From assembly GCA_963693055.1 (NCBI GenBank), contig OY843751.1:896001-960000 (forward strand): DNA of 64,000 bases. Reading direction: 5' to 3'. This DNA comes from a bacterium. Its GTDB lineage: Bacteria; Zhuqueibacterota; Zhuqueibacteria; Residuimicrobiales; Krinioviventaceae. The position numbers were made by a program, and so were the translations under genes. Under the pieces are notes generated by a model. That model saw nothing but the letters and a program-made list of their open reading frames with translations. It was not told where the DNA came from and did no database searches. Below are positions 8,965 through 18,719 of this stretch, piece by piece; the stretch's first letter is position 1; each line of letters starts with the position of its first letter.

Positions 8965-11121
8965 CTACAACATCCCAAACTTTTTGCGCAAAAACCATTC
9001 CAATGAAAGCAAAGTTACAATTGTTATCAGAATTATTTTATGGTTCCAAACATCAACTTGAAATGTATTTGAAATTTCCCGGGTTTGCCCTTTGATTTCA
9101 GAAAAGAGTATATTTAATGAATCCGGGGGTATATATTTTCCGCCACTTTTTAGCGCTAGTTCTTTTAAAACAGGAATTTGGAGACGTGTGTTTGCCAACT
9201 CTGAATTATAGTTGCCCATACTAAACAGAGCAATGTTTTGCTTGTCAGGGGGCAAGATTGGTGTTTTAAGCTTTAGCTGATAATCACCAGATTCGTCCAG
9301 GTATATCGTTTTTGTAAATTGGTTTTCTTTATTTGGATCCAGTTGCATGTATTCGGTTTCATTTTTGTGATCGAGCTGTAGGGTAATTTCATTTTTGTAA
9401 TTGCCTATTGCGTCAGGATTAATAATGCTGGCATGTATGTGTACAGGATCTCCAAAATTGTAATTCTTTTTATCGGTAGAGATTTGCACCCAATTGGTTT
9501 CTTTTTTTACTTCAAGCCATTGTAAAGAGTTTAGAATAAAGTTTTCGTAAACCTTGTCTTCATTCTCCACACCTCTCATCATCAAGTCCCATCGCCATGT
9601 ATCATATGCCATTAGCGCTTCGGATTTATGATTGTTTTCGCTTCTTACAAGGACTAGCGGAACGACTAGTTTTTCTGAGGAGCCTGTAGCCGCTTGCGCC
9701 AGTACCTGTGTTCCCGGCCACATATTGGTTATACTTACATCTGAAAAGGCCGGTGGTAGCTTTTGCCAGTTGTAATAATTATCTCCCGATGCGTTTGTGC
9801 CAAGCATGATTGGGTGGCTTTTACCATTGGCTGTTAAGGTTGGTGAAACCTGGGTGAACTTTATTTGGTTTACAGGTAATTTAAAAGGTAGAAATTCTTG
9901 AAAATTGCTCAATTGATTAAAATCTATTTTGGGACCAGTTATGAGTAAGAGTGGCTTTTTATCTGTTCTTAACCGTTCAGCTATCTGATTGGTTATTGAT
10001 TTGCTGCTGCTGGTAACAGGATAATTTAACAAAATAAATAGATCTGTTTCTTTCAAGATTGTGGATACATCTTGATCAGTTTTATAAAAGCTGCCTTCTT
10101 TTTTTTGTACGAGTTTGGTTATTTGATAACGATCTGTATTTTGAATATATCTGCTGATAAAAGAGATATCTGTAGTTGGCCCGCCTGCAACAAGGGTTAC
10201 GTTTTGTTTTGCTTTTAATACTTCATGATAAAGTGTATATGTATTGTTTTGATGTAATAGTTCATCTGACTGCTGAGGGATTGATACCATTACTTTGTGT
10301 TGCCCTTCTTTTTCCGGAGTATAACTCATTTCAAGATTAATTTCGGAAGGAGAGGAGGGAATTGTTATGGTTTGGGTTTGTTGTGATTTCTCATCAATGT
10401 ACAAGGTTACTGGAATTACCAGATTGCTAAATCCTGTGGTACGGATAGTGATAATAAATTCTGCCGGCTCATTTATATATGTAAAGGGATTGGTTTGTAC
10501 ATAGTCTATACTAATATCCCGAATGGGATTAGCAGAACCAATACCCACAGGATATACAGGGATTGATGATTCTGTGGAAAATCGGGCAGGGCTGCCGCCT
10601 TGATTGTAATTACCATCGGTATAAATTACAATTGCAGACAGGTTATTATTTTCCTGATCTTGCTTGATATAGTTTAAAGCCTTGCTGATATTTGTAACAT
10701 CCCCCGAGAAATCTTGAATGATTGCTTTATTCCCTTCGACAGGTTGAATATCACCAGAGAATGTATAATATTTTAACTGGAATTTTTCTAACAGTTGATC
10801 AAAAACAGGATTGTTTGCAGTTTTTTCTAAAAGGCTAACGCGACTACCATTGGCATCTTTTATTGACATACTTTTACTGTTATCAATTGCAATACCAATA
10901 ACCGGTTCAAGCTGTTTGTTTGTATTGTAAAACAGTTGACCTTGAAAAAGCACAACAAATAATAAGAAAAAAACAAGCCCGCGTAAGAATGCCAATACAA
11001 GTTTAGAGTACAGAGGAATAGCCGGAACTGTTTTACGATAAACATATAGCGTAAATGCTAAAGAGATTATAAGGGTAATGATAAAAATTTCAATGTGTTG
11101 TATAAACAAGCTATAATGCAT
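8965..11121 (-). CDS. Membrane-anchored VWA-domain protein with Ig-like and GATase-like domains
   Basis: Two N-terminal TMs, MIDAS motifs DNSKS and YTDG, WRW motif, C-terminal TM ending LEWFLRKKFGML. Confidence 0.8.
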   Translation of the reverse strand: MHYSLFIQHIEIFIITLIISLAFTLYVYRKTVPAIPLYSKLVLAFLRGLVFFLLFVVLFQGQLFYNTNKQLEPVIGIAIDNSKSMSIKDANGSRVSLLEKTANNPVFDQLLEKFQLKYYTFSGDIQPVEGNKAIIQDFSGDVTNISKALNYIKQDQENNNLSAIVIYTDGNYNQGGSPARFSTESSIPVYPVGIGSANPIRDISIDYVQTNPFTYINEPAEFIITIRTTGFSNLVIPVTLYIDEKSQQTQTITIPSSPSEINLEMSYTPEKEGQHKVMVSIPQQSDELLHQNNTYTLYHEVLKAKQNVTLVAGGPTTDISFISRYIQNTDRYQITKLVQKKEGSFYKTDQDVSTILKETDLFILLNYPVTSSSKSITNQIAERLRTDKKPLLLITGPKIDFNQLSNFQEFLPFKLPVNQIKFTQVSPTLTANGKSHPIMLGTNASGDNYYNWQKLPPAFSDVSITNMWPGTQVLAQAATGSSEKLVVPLVLVRSENNHKSEALMAYDTWRWDLMMRGVENEDKVYENFILNSLQWLEVKKETNWVQISTDKKNYNFGDPVHIHASIINPDAIGNYKNEITLQLDHKNETEYMQLDPNKENQFTKTIYLDESGDYQLKLKTPILPPDKQNIALFSMGNYNSELANTRLQIPVLKELALKSGGKYIPPDSLNILFSEIKGQTREISNTFQVDVWNHKIILITIVTLLSLEWFLRKKFGML

Positions 11122-11142
11122 AATTTATCTATATCCTTAATC

Positions 11143-12147
11143 TCAATAACCAGCTAGTGCAAGGTTGGGTACAGCATCCAGTTCAAAATCTGATAATTCT
11201 CCATTTTTCAAATGATAGTAACCGGCACGTGCAATCATTGCTGCGTTGTCTGTACACAGCTCTGGGTCGGGTACATAGAAATTAACTTTGGAATTTTCAC
11301 AATGTTCCTTAAATGTTTTGCGAAGCGTATTGTTTCTTACAACACCTCCGGCAAGAATGAGTGTTGAACAATTGAACTGTTCAAGCGCCTGAATGCTTTT
11401 TTTCAAGAGAACATCTATCACTGCGTTTTGAAAACTTGCACATATATTTGGAATGGATAACGTGTTGTTTTTTCTTTTTTCAGATTCAATATAATATAGA
11501 ACAGATGTTTTTAAACCACTAAAGCTAAAATTAAAATTATTCTTTTCCAGCAAGGCACGAGGAAAATAAATAGCATTGGGATCACCCTGATTTGCTGAAT
11601 TTTCAACTGCCGGGCCGCCCGGGTATCCCAGACCGATGATCTTGGCGACTTTGTCAAACGCTTCACCTGCTGCATCATCAATGGTTTGCCCAATAATTTT
11701 ATACTCCAGGGGACTTTTAATATGTACCAATATGGTATGGCCGCCAGAAGCAACCAATCCTATAGCAGGGTATTGGATATCTTGTTCATTTGCATGTACT
11801 GCCAGCAAGTGTCCTTCAATATGGTTCACGCCAATAAAAGGTATGTTTAAGCGTAGAGCAAGGCTTTTCGCAAAGCACATTCCTACCAGTAAAGAGCCTG
11901 CTAGTCCCGGTCCATGGGTTACAGCAATAGAATCAATTTCCTGATACGAGATGCCGGCATTTTTTACAGCAAGTTGAACAATGGGGACTATTTTTTGAAT
12001 ATGTGCTCGTGATGCAAACTCGGGCACTACACCGCCATATTGCTCGTGGATATGTTGAGTTGCTATAATATTGCTTTTTATAAGAGTATCATCAACCAGT
12101 GACGCACTTGTTTCGTCACAAGATGTTTCTATTCCTAGAACGATCAT
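11143..12147 (-). CDS. tsaD: tRNA N6-adenosine threonylcarbamoyltransferase
   Basis: LGIETSCDET, GGVVPEFASRAH, HIEGH, DDAAGEAFDK and TDNAAMIA motifs. Confidence 0.97.
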   Translation of the reverse strand: MIVLGIETSCDETSASLVDDTLIKSNIIATQHIHEQYGGVVPEFASRAHIQKIVPIVQLAVKNAGISYQEIDSIAVTHGPGLAGSLLVGMCFAKSLALRLNIPFIGVNHIEGHLLAVHANEQDIQYPAIGLVASGGHTILVHIKSPLEYKIIGQTIDDAAGEAFDKVAKIIGLGYPGGPAVENSANQGDPNAIYFPRALLEKNNFNFSFSGLKTSVLYYIESEKRKNNTLSIPNICASFQNAVIDVLLKKSIQALEQFNCSTLILAGGVVRNNTLRKTFKEHCENSKVNFYVPDPELCTDNAAMIARAGYYHLKNGELSDFELDAVPNLALAGY

Positions 12148-12150
12148 TTA

Positions 12151-13116
12151 CTAATCTCTTTTTAAAATAATTTTAAATCGTTGTGGTTCAATATTTGTAT
12201 AGCGAACACCGGGTAACGGTTTTATATACGCGGGGAAATTTTGTTGACTGTTTGGGCGTTGTTTTTGATAATCAATATAAGCATCTATATCTGCCTCATT
12301 GATAGGAAATACCACATTAACACCTCCCTGAACAACCAGAGAGAGGTTTGAGGGAATTACCAAAGCTGTTACATTCGGTGGCAGGTTCTTAACTTTGACT
12401 GGAATATTATTGATCTGTTTCTCCATTAATTTTTGAACATCAGCAGTAACAGTTACTTTGGTGGTTAACAAATCCAGATGATGAATTTGCGGGTCAATCA
12501 GTTCAAGTTGCCTTTCAATAGGGTATTTCAGGTCGCTCAGTTCAAGACGTTTTGATTGGATTGTATCAATGGAATCAATCAAAGATTTAGGAGCGCGAAT
12601 TAAAACTTCTTCCGGCTCTATTTTGATGTCATCAACAATTGTGAAACCATTTTGAGGTTTTAAAAAGATTTCTGTTTTTACCTTTACAGATTTTGTTTCC
12701 AATTTTTCAATGTAAAGCTGTAAAGTATCAGGCTCAAGATATTTTAAAACAGAGATTTTTTTAGCATTCCCCGATAATGAAATGTTTTCCAGAGTTGGGT
12801 GGATTGTGTGTAAACCGGGTTCCCAATTGGGCTCAATGCGGAGTTTACCTTCATTAAATAGGAGGTAGGTCAATAAATGAATACCTTGACCACGCAACAA
12901 TACCTTGCCGGTTTTTTGGTAATTGTTTGTAACAATATAATCGTTACGAGTACCCGGACACGTGATCTGAATAGGGGCTTCATAATCAAATGTTCCACCG
13001 GTAACAATAAAAAACCATACAGTGGCAGCTATGAAAGTTGAGGCAATTTTAACCCGGTGTTTTTCCCAAAAATTATTGTTTCGAGAAAACAAGACATTTT
13101 TATTCAATAAATTCAA
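12151..13116 (-). CDS. YbbR/CdaR-like domain protein
   Basis: N-terminal TM (KIASTFIAATVWF) and repeated YbbR-like beta domains (IEPEEVLIRAPKS, VIPSNLSLVVQG). Confidence 0.75.
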   Translation of the reverse strand: MNLLNKNVLFSRNNNFWEKHRVKIASTFIAATVWFFIVTGGTFDYEAPIQITCPGTRNDYIVTNNYQKTGKVLLRGQGIHLLTYLLFNEGKLRIEPNWEPGLHTIHPTLENISLSGNAKKISVLKYLEPDTLQLYIEKLETKSVKVKTEIFLKPQNGFTIVDDIKIEPEEVLIRAPKSLIDSIDTIQSKRLELSDLKYPIERQLELIDPQIHHLDLLTTKVTVTADVQKLMEKQINNIPVKVKNLPPNVTALVIPSNLSLVVQGGVNVVFPINEADIDAYIDYQKQRPNSQQNFPAYIKPLPGVRYTNIEPQRFKIILKRD

Positions 13117-13167
13117 TTTCGGCTAACCGATAATTATCCGCAAAAGCAACATATGCATAAAATGCTA

Positions 13168-13359
13168 TTATTTGGTTGATTCCTTAATACCTTTCCCCAA
13201 GCTGATTTCTCCATTGTCAATGCGGATATTGAAACCACAGTCTGGATTTGTGCAAACCCAGGCTTTATATTCAATGGTTGCTCCATCTCTTCCGTAATCT
13301 GAAAGCGGGACCAGAATGCCAACATTGCATTTTAAACATTTAGGATAACTGTTTTCCAC
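13168..13359 (-). CDS. Small zinc-ribbon-like hypothetical protein (63 aa)
   Basis: CLKC...CTNPDC motif; AAGGA RBS before the GTG start; own candidate promoter. Confidence 0.75.
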   Translation of the reverse strand: MENSYPKCLKCNVGILVPLSDYGRDGATIEYKAWVCTNPDCGFNIRIDNGEISLGKGIKESTK

Positions 13360-13413
13360 GGTATTTTCCTTATATTGTGGTAAATTTTTACTTTAGGAAA
13401 CACTTAATTTAGT

Positions 13414-13442
13414 AAAATAATTCATCTGAATTATAAAATCAA
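13414..13442 (-). promoter_or_regulatory. Putative sigma-70 promoter
   Basis: Minus strand TTGATT-N17-TATTTT upstream of the Zn-ribbon gene and downstream of the rplI terminator. Confidence 0.4.
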
Positions 13443-13497
13443 CTCTTTTTATTCAAAATATTAAAGTTTTTACCCGATAGTAAAATAAAGGAAAGGA

Positions 13498-13522
13498 TAA
13501 AAGGGGAAATTAGATTTCCCCT
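13498..13522 (-). terminator. Rho-independent terminator after rplI
   Basis: Minus strand AGGGGAAAT-CTA-ATTTCCCCT followed by TTTATCCTTT. Confidence 0.7.
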
Positions 13523-13558
13523 CGAATTTTCCAAAAAAATAGAAAAACTAAAAAGCAA

Positions 13559-14002
13559 TTAGGAGCGAACTACCCAAATTTTAATTTTAACTTCAACTTC
13601 GGGATGTAATTTTACAGGAACATCGTAAACACCCAAAGCTTTCAGAGGTTCTTCAAGAATGATTTTTTTACGATCGATATCGTAATTTTGTTCTTTGAGT
13701 AGATCAGCAATATTCTGATTTGTAATGGCGCCAAAAACTTTATCATCTTCACCAACCTGAACTGAAGCAGTAATAGATACTTTTTCAAGCTTGGCAGCCA
13801 GTTCTTCAGCTTCAAGTTTTCCCTTGAGAGCCTTTTTCTCTAGCAATTTAATTTCTTCTTTAAAAGCTTTCATATTAGATGGAGTGGCAGCAATTGCTTT
13901 TGAAGAAGGGATTAAATAATTTCTGGCATAACCGTTTTTAACTTCTACAATTTCTCCGGCTTTTCCCAGATTTTCGATATTTTCTTTTAATATTATTTTC
14001 AT
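13559..14002 (-). CDS. rplI: 50S ribosomal protein L9
   Basis: MKIIL...LGKAGEIVEVKNGYARNYLIP signature. Confidence 0.98.
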   Translation of the reverse strand: MKIILKENIENLGKAGEIVEVKNGYARNYLIPSSKAIAATPSNMKAFKEEIKLLEKKALKGKLEAEELAAKLEKVSITASVQVGEDDKVFGAITNQNIADLLKEQNYDIDRKKIILEEPLKALGVYDVPVKLHPEVEVKIKIWVVRS

Positions 14003-14020
14003 GGTCCCTTTCCCAGTTTT

Positions 14021-14242
14021 TTATTTCGTCAAGTCTGCAACATACGGAACAAGTGCGAGCTCTCTTGCTAATTTGATAGCAGATACAAGTTGGCGTTGAT
14101 GTTTTGCACAAGTGCCGGAAGTTCTTCTGGGAATAATTTTTCCCTGTTCTGTGGTAAAGCGCTGTAAACGTTTTTCGTCTTTATAATCAATGTAAAGAAT
14201 TTTCTCTTCACAAAATCTGCACATTCGTTTCTTTTTGAGCAT
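14021..14242 (-). CDS. rpsR: 30S ribosomal protein S18 (Zn-binding Cys form)
   Basis: CRFC...IDYKD...[16 protein letters not shown]; ATG at 14242 follows an AGGAG RBS. Confidence 0.97.
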   Translation of the reverse strand: MLKKKRMCRFCEEKILYIDYKDEKRLQRFTTEQGKIIPRRTSGTCAKHQRQLVSAIKLARELALVPYVADLTK

Positions 14243-14257
14243 ATACACTCCTTTAAA

Positions 14258-14797
14258 TTATAGATTTAGATTTTTGTAGCCAAAATCAAAATCTGTAGGT
14301 TTTACTTTAATTTCATTTGTTTCTGAATCTGTACCTTCTTGAGGTTCCTCATGATTTAAATCATCAGCTTGAGGTTTGTCTTCAATAGTTTCTGTTTCAA
14401 TATCTTTGTAACTATTTTGATCAGGCATGGTTTCCTCAACTTCCGTCAGTACCTGTCTGTCTAGAAATTGTATTCTACGTGCTCTAATTTCTACTACATT
14501 TCGAGTTGTACCATCTTCGTTTTTCCAGCTTCTGCTTTGCAATTCGCCGTCAACAAGAATGGAACTGCCACGCTTTAAAACTTCGTTACAGGCATCGGCA
14601 AGTTTATGCCAGGCAACAATTCCGACGTAACATACGTTTTCACGCCAGATACCAGAATTATCACGATACTTTCGGTTTGAGGCAATATAGAAATTTGCAA
14701 CAGAAGTACCGTTGCTTGTTTTTCTGAACGTTGGATCACCTGTCAAGTTGCCTGCAATTAAGACATTATTAATGTCGGGCATTTTTAGTTCAGACAT
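14258..14797 (-). CDS. ssb: Single-stranded DNA-binding protein
   Basis: NNVLIAGNLTGDP OB fold, GELQSRSW, acidic tail; rpsF-ssb-rpsR synteny. Confidence 0.95.
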   Translation of the reverse strand: MSELKMPDINNVLIAGNLTGDPTFRKTSNGTSVANFYIASNRKYRDNSGIWRENVCYVGIVAWHKLADACNEVLKRGSSILVDGELQSRSWKNEDGTTRNVVEIRARRIQFLDRQVLTEVEETMPDQNSYKDIETETIEDKPQADDLNHEEPQEGTDSETNEIKVKPTDFDFGYKNLNL

Positions 14798-14841
14798 AAT
14801 TGGCTCCTATAACCAGTTCATTTTCTGGTGTTGCTGAAAGT

Positions 14842-15306
14842 TTATTTTTCTTCAGTTTCTGATTCTTGAGCTTTTTCTTCAGCTGCCGGCTCTTCTGTAG
14901 CTTTTTCTTCTTCAACAACAGGTGTAGCAGGAGCTGCTTCTTTTTCTACTTTTGGCACTTCAGCTTTTTCAGGAGCTGCAGGTACTTGAGCTAATTTCTT
15001 CTCAAGAGCTTTTAACGCCATGGTAGTTAATTTGATAGTCTTGTAACGCAAGATCGATTCATTCAGGCGGTATTCGCGTTCAAGGGGTTTGATCATTGTC
15101 GGTAGTCCGTCAAAACGGATCAAGACATAATAACCATACTGACGTTTTTTAATTTCATAGCTGAGTCTTTTTTTACCCCAGCGTTCAATTGTTTCGATTT
15201 GTCCGCCATTTGCAGAAATGAATTTTTCGTATTTTGTAATAATATTATCAATTTCATCCGGCTTTAGAAGTGAATCGATGACAAATACAGTTTCGTATTT
15301 TCTCAA
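14842..15306 (-). CDS. rpsF: 30S ribosomal protein S6
   Basis: MRKYET...WGKKRLSYEIKK...GYY; acidic Ala/Pro-rich C-terminal extension. Confidence 0.97.
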   Translation of the reverse strand: MRKYETVFVIDSLLKPDEIDNIITKYEKFISANGGQIETIERWGKKRLSYEIKKRQYGYYVLIRFDGLPTMIKPLEREYRLNESILRYKTIKLTTMALKALEKKLAQVPAAPEKAEVPKVEKEAAPATPVVEEEKATEEPAAEEKAQESETEEK

Positions 15307-15308
15307 GT

Positions 15309-15908
15309 TTATTCCTCCTGATAGGATTTGTGTTTTGGTTTGGCATTGAATATACTCATACTTTTTTCCAAACCATCGTTAATAAAACTGTTTACGGCAC
15401 TGTTAACGTGCTCTAAAATATCTGTCAGTTCTTTTCGTTCTGCCCGTGAAAACTTTGACAAAACAAAATGAACCATATTGTTTTTCAATTTTTCTGATCC
15501 AATACCTATGCGAAGTCTGGGAATGCCAGATGTATCCATTTCCTGAATTATTGATTCCAGGCCATTGTGTCCGCCTGAGCTCCCTTTGCCACGAATTCGA
15601 ATTCTACCAAATTCGAGTGAAACATCATCATAGATAATTAAGATATGATCAGGGTGTATATTGTAGTCCTTTGCTATGGCCGATACCGCAAGGCCACTGC
15701 GATTCATATATGTCAATGGTTTTACATAGACCAAGGTAGAATCACCATGATTAACAGTGTAAAGTGTTGACATGTATGCGTTGCTTTTCAAAGAACTGTT
15801 TATTGATTTTACAATAGTATCAATAGCCATAAAACCAATATTGTGTCGGGTTTTTTTGTACCGAAAACCGGGATTACCTAACCCAACTATAAGAAAATAA
15901 TCTGACAT
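15309..15908 (-). CDS. pth: Peptidyl-tRNA hydrolase
   Basis: GLGNPG, TRHNIGF, KPLTYMNRSG and GGHNG motifs. Confidence 0.97.
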   Translation of the reverse strand: MSDYFLIVGLGNPGFRYKKTRHNIGFMAIDTIVKSINSSLKSNAYMSTLYTVNHGDSTLVYVKPLTYMNRSGLAVSAIAKDYNIHPDHILIIYDDVSLEFGRIRIRGKGSSGGHNGLESIIQEMDTSGIPRLRIGIGSEKLKNNMVHFVLSKFSRAERKELTDILEHVNSAVNSFINDGLEKSMSIFNAKPKHKSYQEE

Positions 15909-15922
15909 GAAATTCTGTGTTA

Positions 15923-16558
15923 TTAATCTTCATCTGAATCAGATTGTTTAAGAACTTCAGGTTCAGCTGAACCTTCTTCGCTTTCTTCAGATTCTACTGT
16001 TTCTTCAGCTATTCTTGGAGCTGTAACGGTAGCTACAACAGTATCATCTTCAGCGGAAAACGAGAATTTGTCGTCTTTTAATACATCCAGATACATTGTG
16101 TCACCAATATCCAGATCAGAAACATCAGCGCTAAAGTTTTCCGGAATGTCTGCAGGGAAACATTCGATTTCAACTTCACGAAGTACATGCTGTAAAACAC
16201 CGCCACTGTTTTTAACACCTACTGAAGATCCGGTAAGGTGTACAGGTACGGTAACTTTGATCTTTTCATCTAGTTTAATACCCAGCAAGTCGATGTGTAT
16301 TGGTTCCATGCGGATAGGATCGTACTGGATTTCGCGAACCACGCATTTTTTTTCTTCTTTACCATCAATTTTAATTGAAAGCATACCAGATTCATGGCCG
16401 GCAATGGCTTGAAGTGATTTGAGTTCAACTGAAAATGGAATGGGATCGGATCCATGGAAATAGTAAATTCCTGGAACTTTACCTTCTCTTTTCAGCTTTT
16501 TTGAATATTGTGTACCGGTTTCTGAACGGCGTTCAATATTTAATGAGATTTCAGACAT
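15923..16558 (-). CDS. rplY: 50S ribosomal protein L25/Ctc
   Basis: GKVPGIYY, EIQYDP, HIDL and GVK.SGG motifs; prs-rplY-pth synteny. Confidence 0.95.
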   Translation of the reverse strand: MSEISLNIERRSETGTQYSKKLKREGKVPGIYYFHGSDPIPFSVELKSLQAIAGHESGMLSIKIDGKEEKKCVVREIQYDPIRMEPIHIDLLGIKLDEKIKVTVPVHLTGSSVGVKNSGGVLQHVLREVEIECFPADIPENFSADVSDLDIGDTMYLDVLKDDKFSFSAEDDTVVATVTAPRIAEETVESEESEEGSAEPEVLKQSDSDED

Positions 16559-16613
16559 GAGTAAACTCCATTAATTATAGTCCGTTTGAAATGAATTGCA
16601 AAAAAAAAGTATA

Positions 16614-17582
16614 TTAGTGAATTGGTCCTTTTTGTGGAAACAAATCAGAAATGGACCGTTCTTCGTGAATTCTTGCAATGGCCTCTGCCAATAGTTTAGA
16701 TAAACAAACAATGTTCATGTTGCTCATTTTTTTCGATTTTGGCAGGTTAATTGAATTACTGACATAAAGTTGAGTTATTTCAGAATTTTCAATTTTTTCA
16801 ACAGCGTCTCCTGAAAGAAGAGCGTGGGTGCAGGCTACATAAATATTTTTTGCACCTTTATCTTTCAAAACTTTGACACCGCTTACAAGCGTACCTGCTG
16901 TATCGATGATATCATCAACAATAAGAACATTTTTATTGTTTACATCACCAATTAGTTCTGTTACATCGCAAACATTATGTTTAATGCGACGCTTATTCAG
17001 CATGGCCAAATCTGAGGATAGTCGGCTGGCGTATGCCCGAGCCAGGTGTATACCGCCAATATCAGGAGAGGCGACAACCAGGTCAGGAATTCCCATCGTT
17101 TTAAAGTGATCAATGAATATTGCAGCCGCATATAAATGATCCATAGGTATATCAAAAAATCCTTGAATCTGCGGTGCATGTAAATCCATGGTCAGCACAC
17201 GGTCCGCGCCGGCTTTGGTAATCAAATTAGTGACCAGTTTTGAACTGATGGAAACCCTGGGTTGGTCTTTCCGGTCTTGCCGGGCGTAACCAAAGTAAGG
17301 TATAACTGCTGTAATACGTGATGCGGAAGCTCGCTTTGCCGCATCAATCATAATTAGCAGTTCCAGCAGATTTTCTGATGGAGCATTTGTAGATTGGATT
17401 ATAAAGACATCTGTACCGCGAATGTTTTCCTGGTATTTTACCCAAAGCTCACCATCTGAAAAGTTTTTGATTGTGACCTTGCCCAGTTCTATCCCTAAAA
17501 CGTTGGCAATTTTTTGCGCAAGTTCGGGGTTCGACCGACCTGAAAACACCTGAATTTCGCGATTTGATTTGCTCTTTAGCAT
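16614..17582 (-). CDS. prs: Ribose-phosphate pyrophosphokinase
   Basis: FSDGE, PYFGYARQDRK, DLHAPQIQGFF and VDDIIDTAGT motifs. Confidence 0.98.
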   Translation of the reverse strand: MLKSKSNREIQVFSGRSNPELAQKIANVLGIELGKVTIKNFSDGELWVKYQENIRGTDVFIIQSTNAPSENLLELLIMIDAAKRASASRITAVIPYFGYARQDRKDQPRVSISSKLVTNLITKAGADRVLTMDLHAPQIQGFFDIPMDHLYAAAIFIDHFKTMGIPDLVVASPDIGGIHLARAYASRLSSDLAMLNKRRIKHNVCDVTELIGDVNNKNVLIVDDIIDTAGTLVSGVKVLKDKGAKNIYVACTHALLSGDAVEKIENSEITQLYVSNSINLPKSKKMSNMNIVCLSKLLAEAIARIHEERSISDLFPQKGPIH

Positions 17583-17676
17583 ACCAAACTGGATTATTTA
17601 CGCTCCATAAAACGGGTACGTTGCTATTTGATTCTGGCCATGTTAAATTTATTAACATTGACTCACAGTATAAAGA

Positions 17677-17711
17677 AAAAATGACGAAAGCTATATGGTT
17701 TTCGTCATTTT
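17677..17711 (-). terminator. Hairpin terminator downstream of tRNA-Gln
   Basis: AAAATGACGAAA...TTTCGTCATTTT inverted repeat with a T-run on the minus strand. Confidence 0.7.
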
Positions 17712-17725
17712 CACTGTGAGATTTG

Positions 17726-17797
17726 CTGGGGCGGGAGGATTCGAACCTCCGAATGCAGGAACCAAAATCCTGTGTCTTGCCGCTTGACGACGCCCCA
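17726..17797 (-). tRNA. tRNA-Gln(TTG), CCA not encoded
   Basis: Reverse complement TGGGGCG...CAGGA-TTTTGGT-TCCTG...GGTTCGAATCC...CGCCCCAG gives a cloverleaf with anticodon TTG; conserved ispE-tRNA-Gln-prs position. Confidence 0.96.
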
Positions 17798-17811
17798 AAT
17801 TTATATCTTAT

Positions 17812-18651
17812 TCAATTTTCAGGTTCAAACAAGAATGTTTTAAACCTGCTTTGTAAAATTGAAAAAGCTGCAAACGCCTCTTTTTGTGTTTCAAAAAGCC
17901 CAAACATTGAAGAGCCGCTGCCAGACATTTGCGCGTAAAATGCGCCAATGTCATACAATTCAGTTTTTATTTGTTCAAGAACAGGGTATTGCTTAAAGAC
18001 AATATCTTCGAAATCATTTTCAAGTAAATTTCTCCAATCTGCAATTGGAATATCCTTACTTGTAAAGACGCTAAATTTACTGTTTTTAAATGAATTTGTC
18101 AAGTTAAAATTGAATTGTTTATAAGCCCATGTTGTATCTATATGGTATTTAGGGCAAATAAGCACTCCAAACCAGTTATTTGCAATTGTAATGGGGTATA
18201 ATTTTTCTCCTCGGCCTGTTCCTAGTGCGCTATTTCCCAAAATGAAAAATGGCACATCTGAACCCAACTCTGCGGCAAGGGAGAAAAGATGTTCATTTTT
18301 CAGTCTTGTTTGCCAGAGACGGTTTAAGGCTATCAAGGTTGCAGCAGCATTACTGCTGCCGCCACCTAAACCCGCACCCGAGGGTATATTCTTTTCCAAA
18401 CGGATATGGCATCCTTTTGATGATTTGGTTGTTTGCTTGAGTAGCACAGCTGCTTTAACAACCAAATTTGAAGAATCTGATGGACACCAGGGAGAGCTGC
18501 ATTCAAAAGTAATTTTTTCGTTTTGAATGTTAAATTCCAAGCTATCTTTAACGGATATAGTTTGGAAAATGGTTTCTAGCTCATGAAAGCCATCGCTCCG
18601 CTTACCAAGAATTCGTAGACCCAGATTGATTTTTGCTAGAGAAGAAACCAC
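17812..18651 (-). CDS. ispE: 4-diphosphocytidyl-2-C-methyl-D-erythritol kinase
   Basis: AKINLGL, KNIPSGAGLGGGSSNAA, LGSDVPFF and MSGSGS motifs. Confidence 0.96.
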   Translation of the reverse strand: MVSSLAKINLGLRILGKRSDGFHELETIFQTISVKDSLEFNIQNEKITFECSSPWCPSDSSNLVVKAAVLLKQTTKSSKGCHIRLEKNIPSGAGLGGGSSNAAATLIALNRLWQTRLKNEHLFSLAAELGSDVPFFILGNSALGTGRGEKLYPITIANNWFGVLICPKYHIDTTWAYKQFNFNLTNSFKNSKFSVFTSKDIPIADWRNLLENDFEDIVFKQYPVLEQIKTELYDIGAFYAQMSGSGSSMFGLFETQKEAFAAFSILQSRFKTFLFEPEN

Positions 18652-18719
18652 TGGTTACCGCTTGATAATTTTATAATCTATACAGAATTTATTGCTTTGG
18701 ATTTTCCCAATACACAGTC

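Noticed and set aside
13134-13325. Alternative 63 aa ORF ending CICCFCG
   Set aside because: Overlaps the better-supported Zn-ribbon ORF in another frame and has no evident RBS.
17726-17797. tRNA as a possible integration site
   Set aside because: No integrase and no duplicated tRNA 3' end seen; flanking synteny is intact.
17449-17938. ORFs 17449-17658 (-) and 17723-17938 (+)
   Set aside because: They overlap prs, tRNA-Gln and ispE; MLGREDSNLR is the usual antisense-tRNA artefact.
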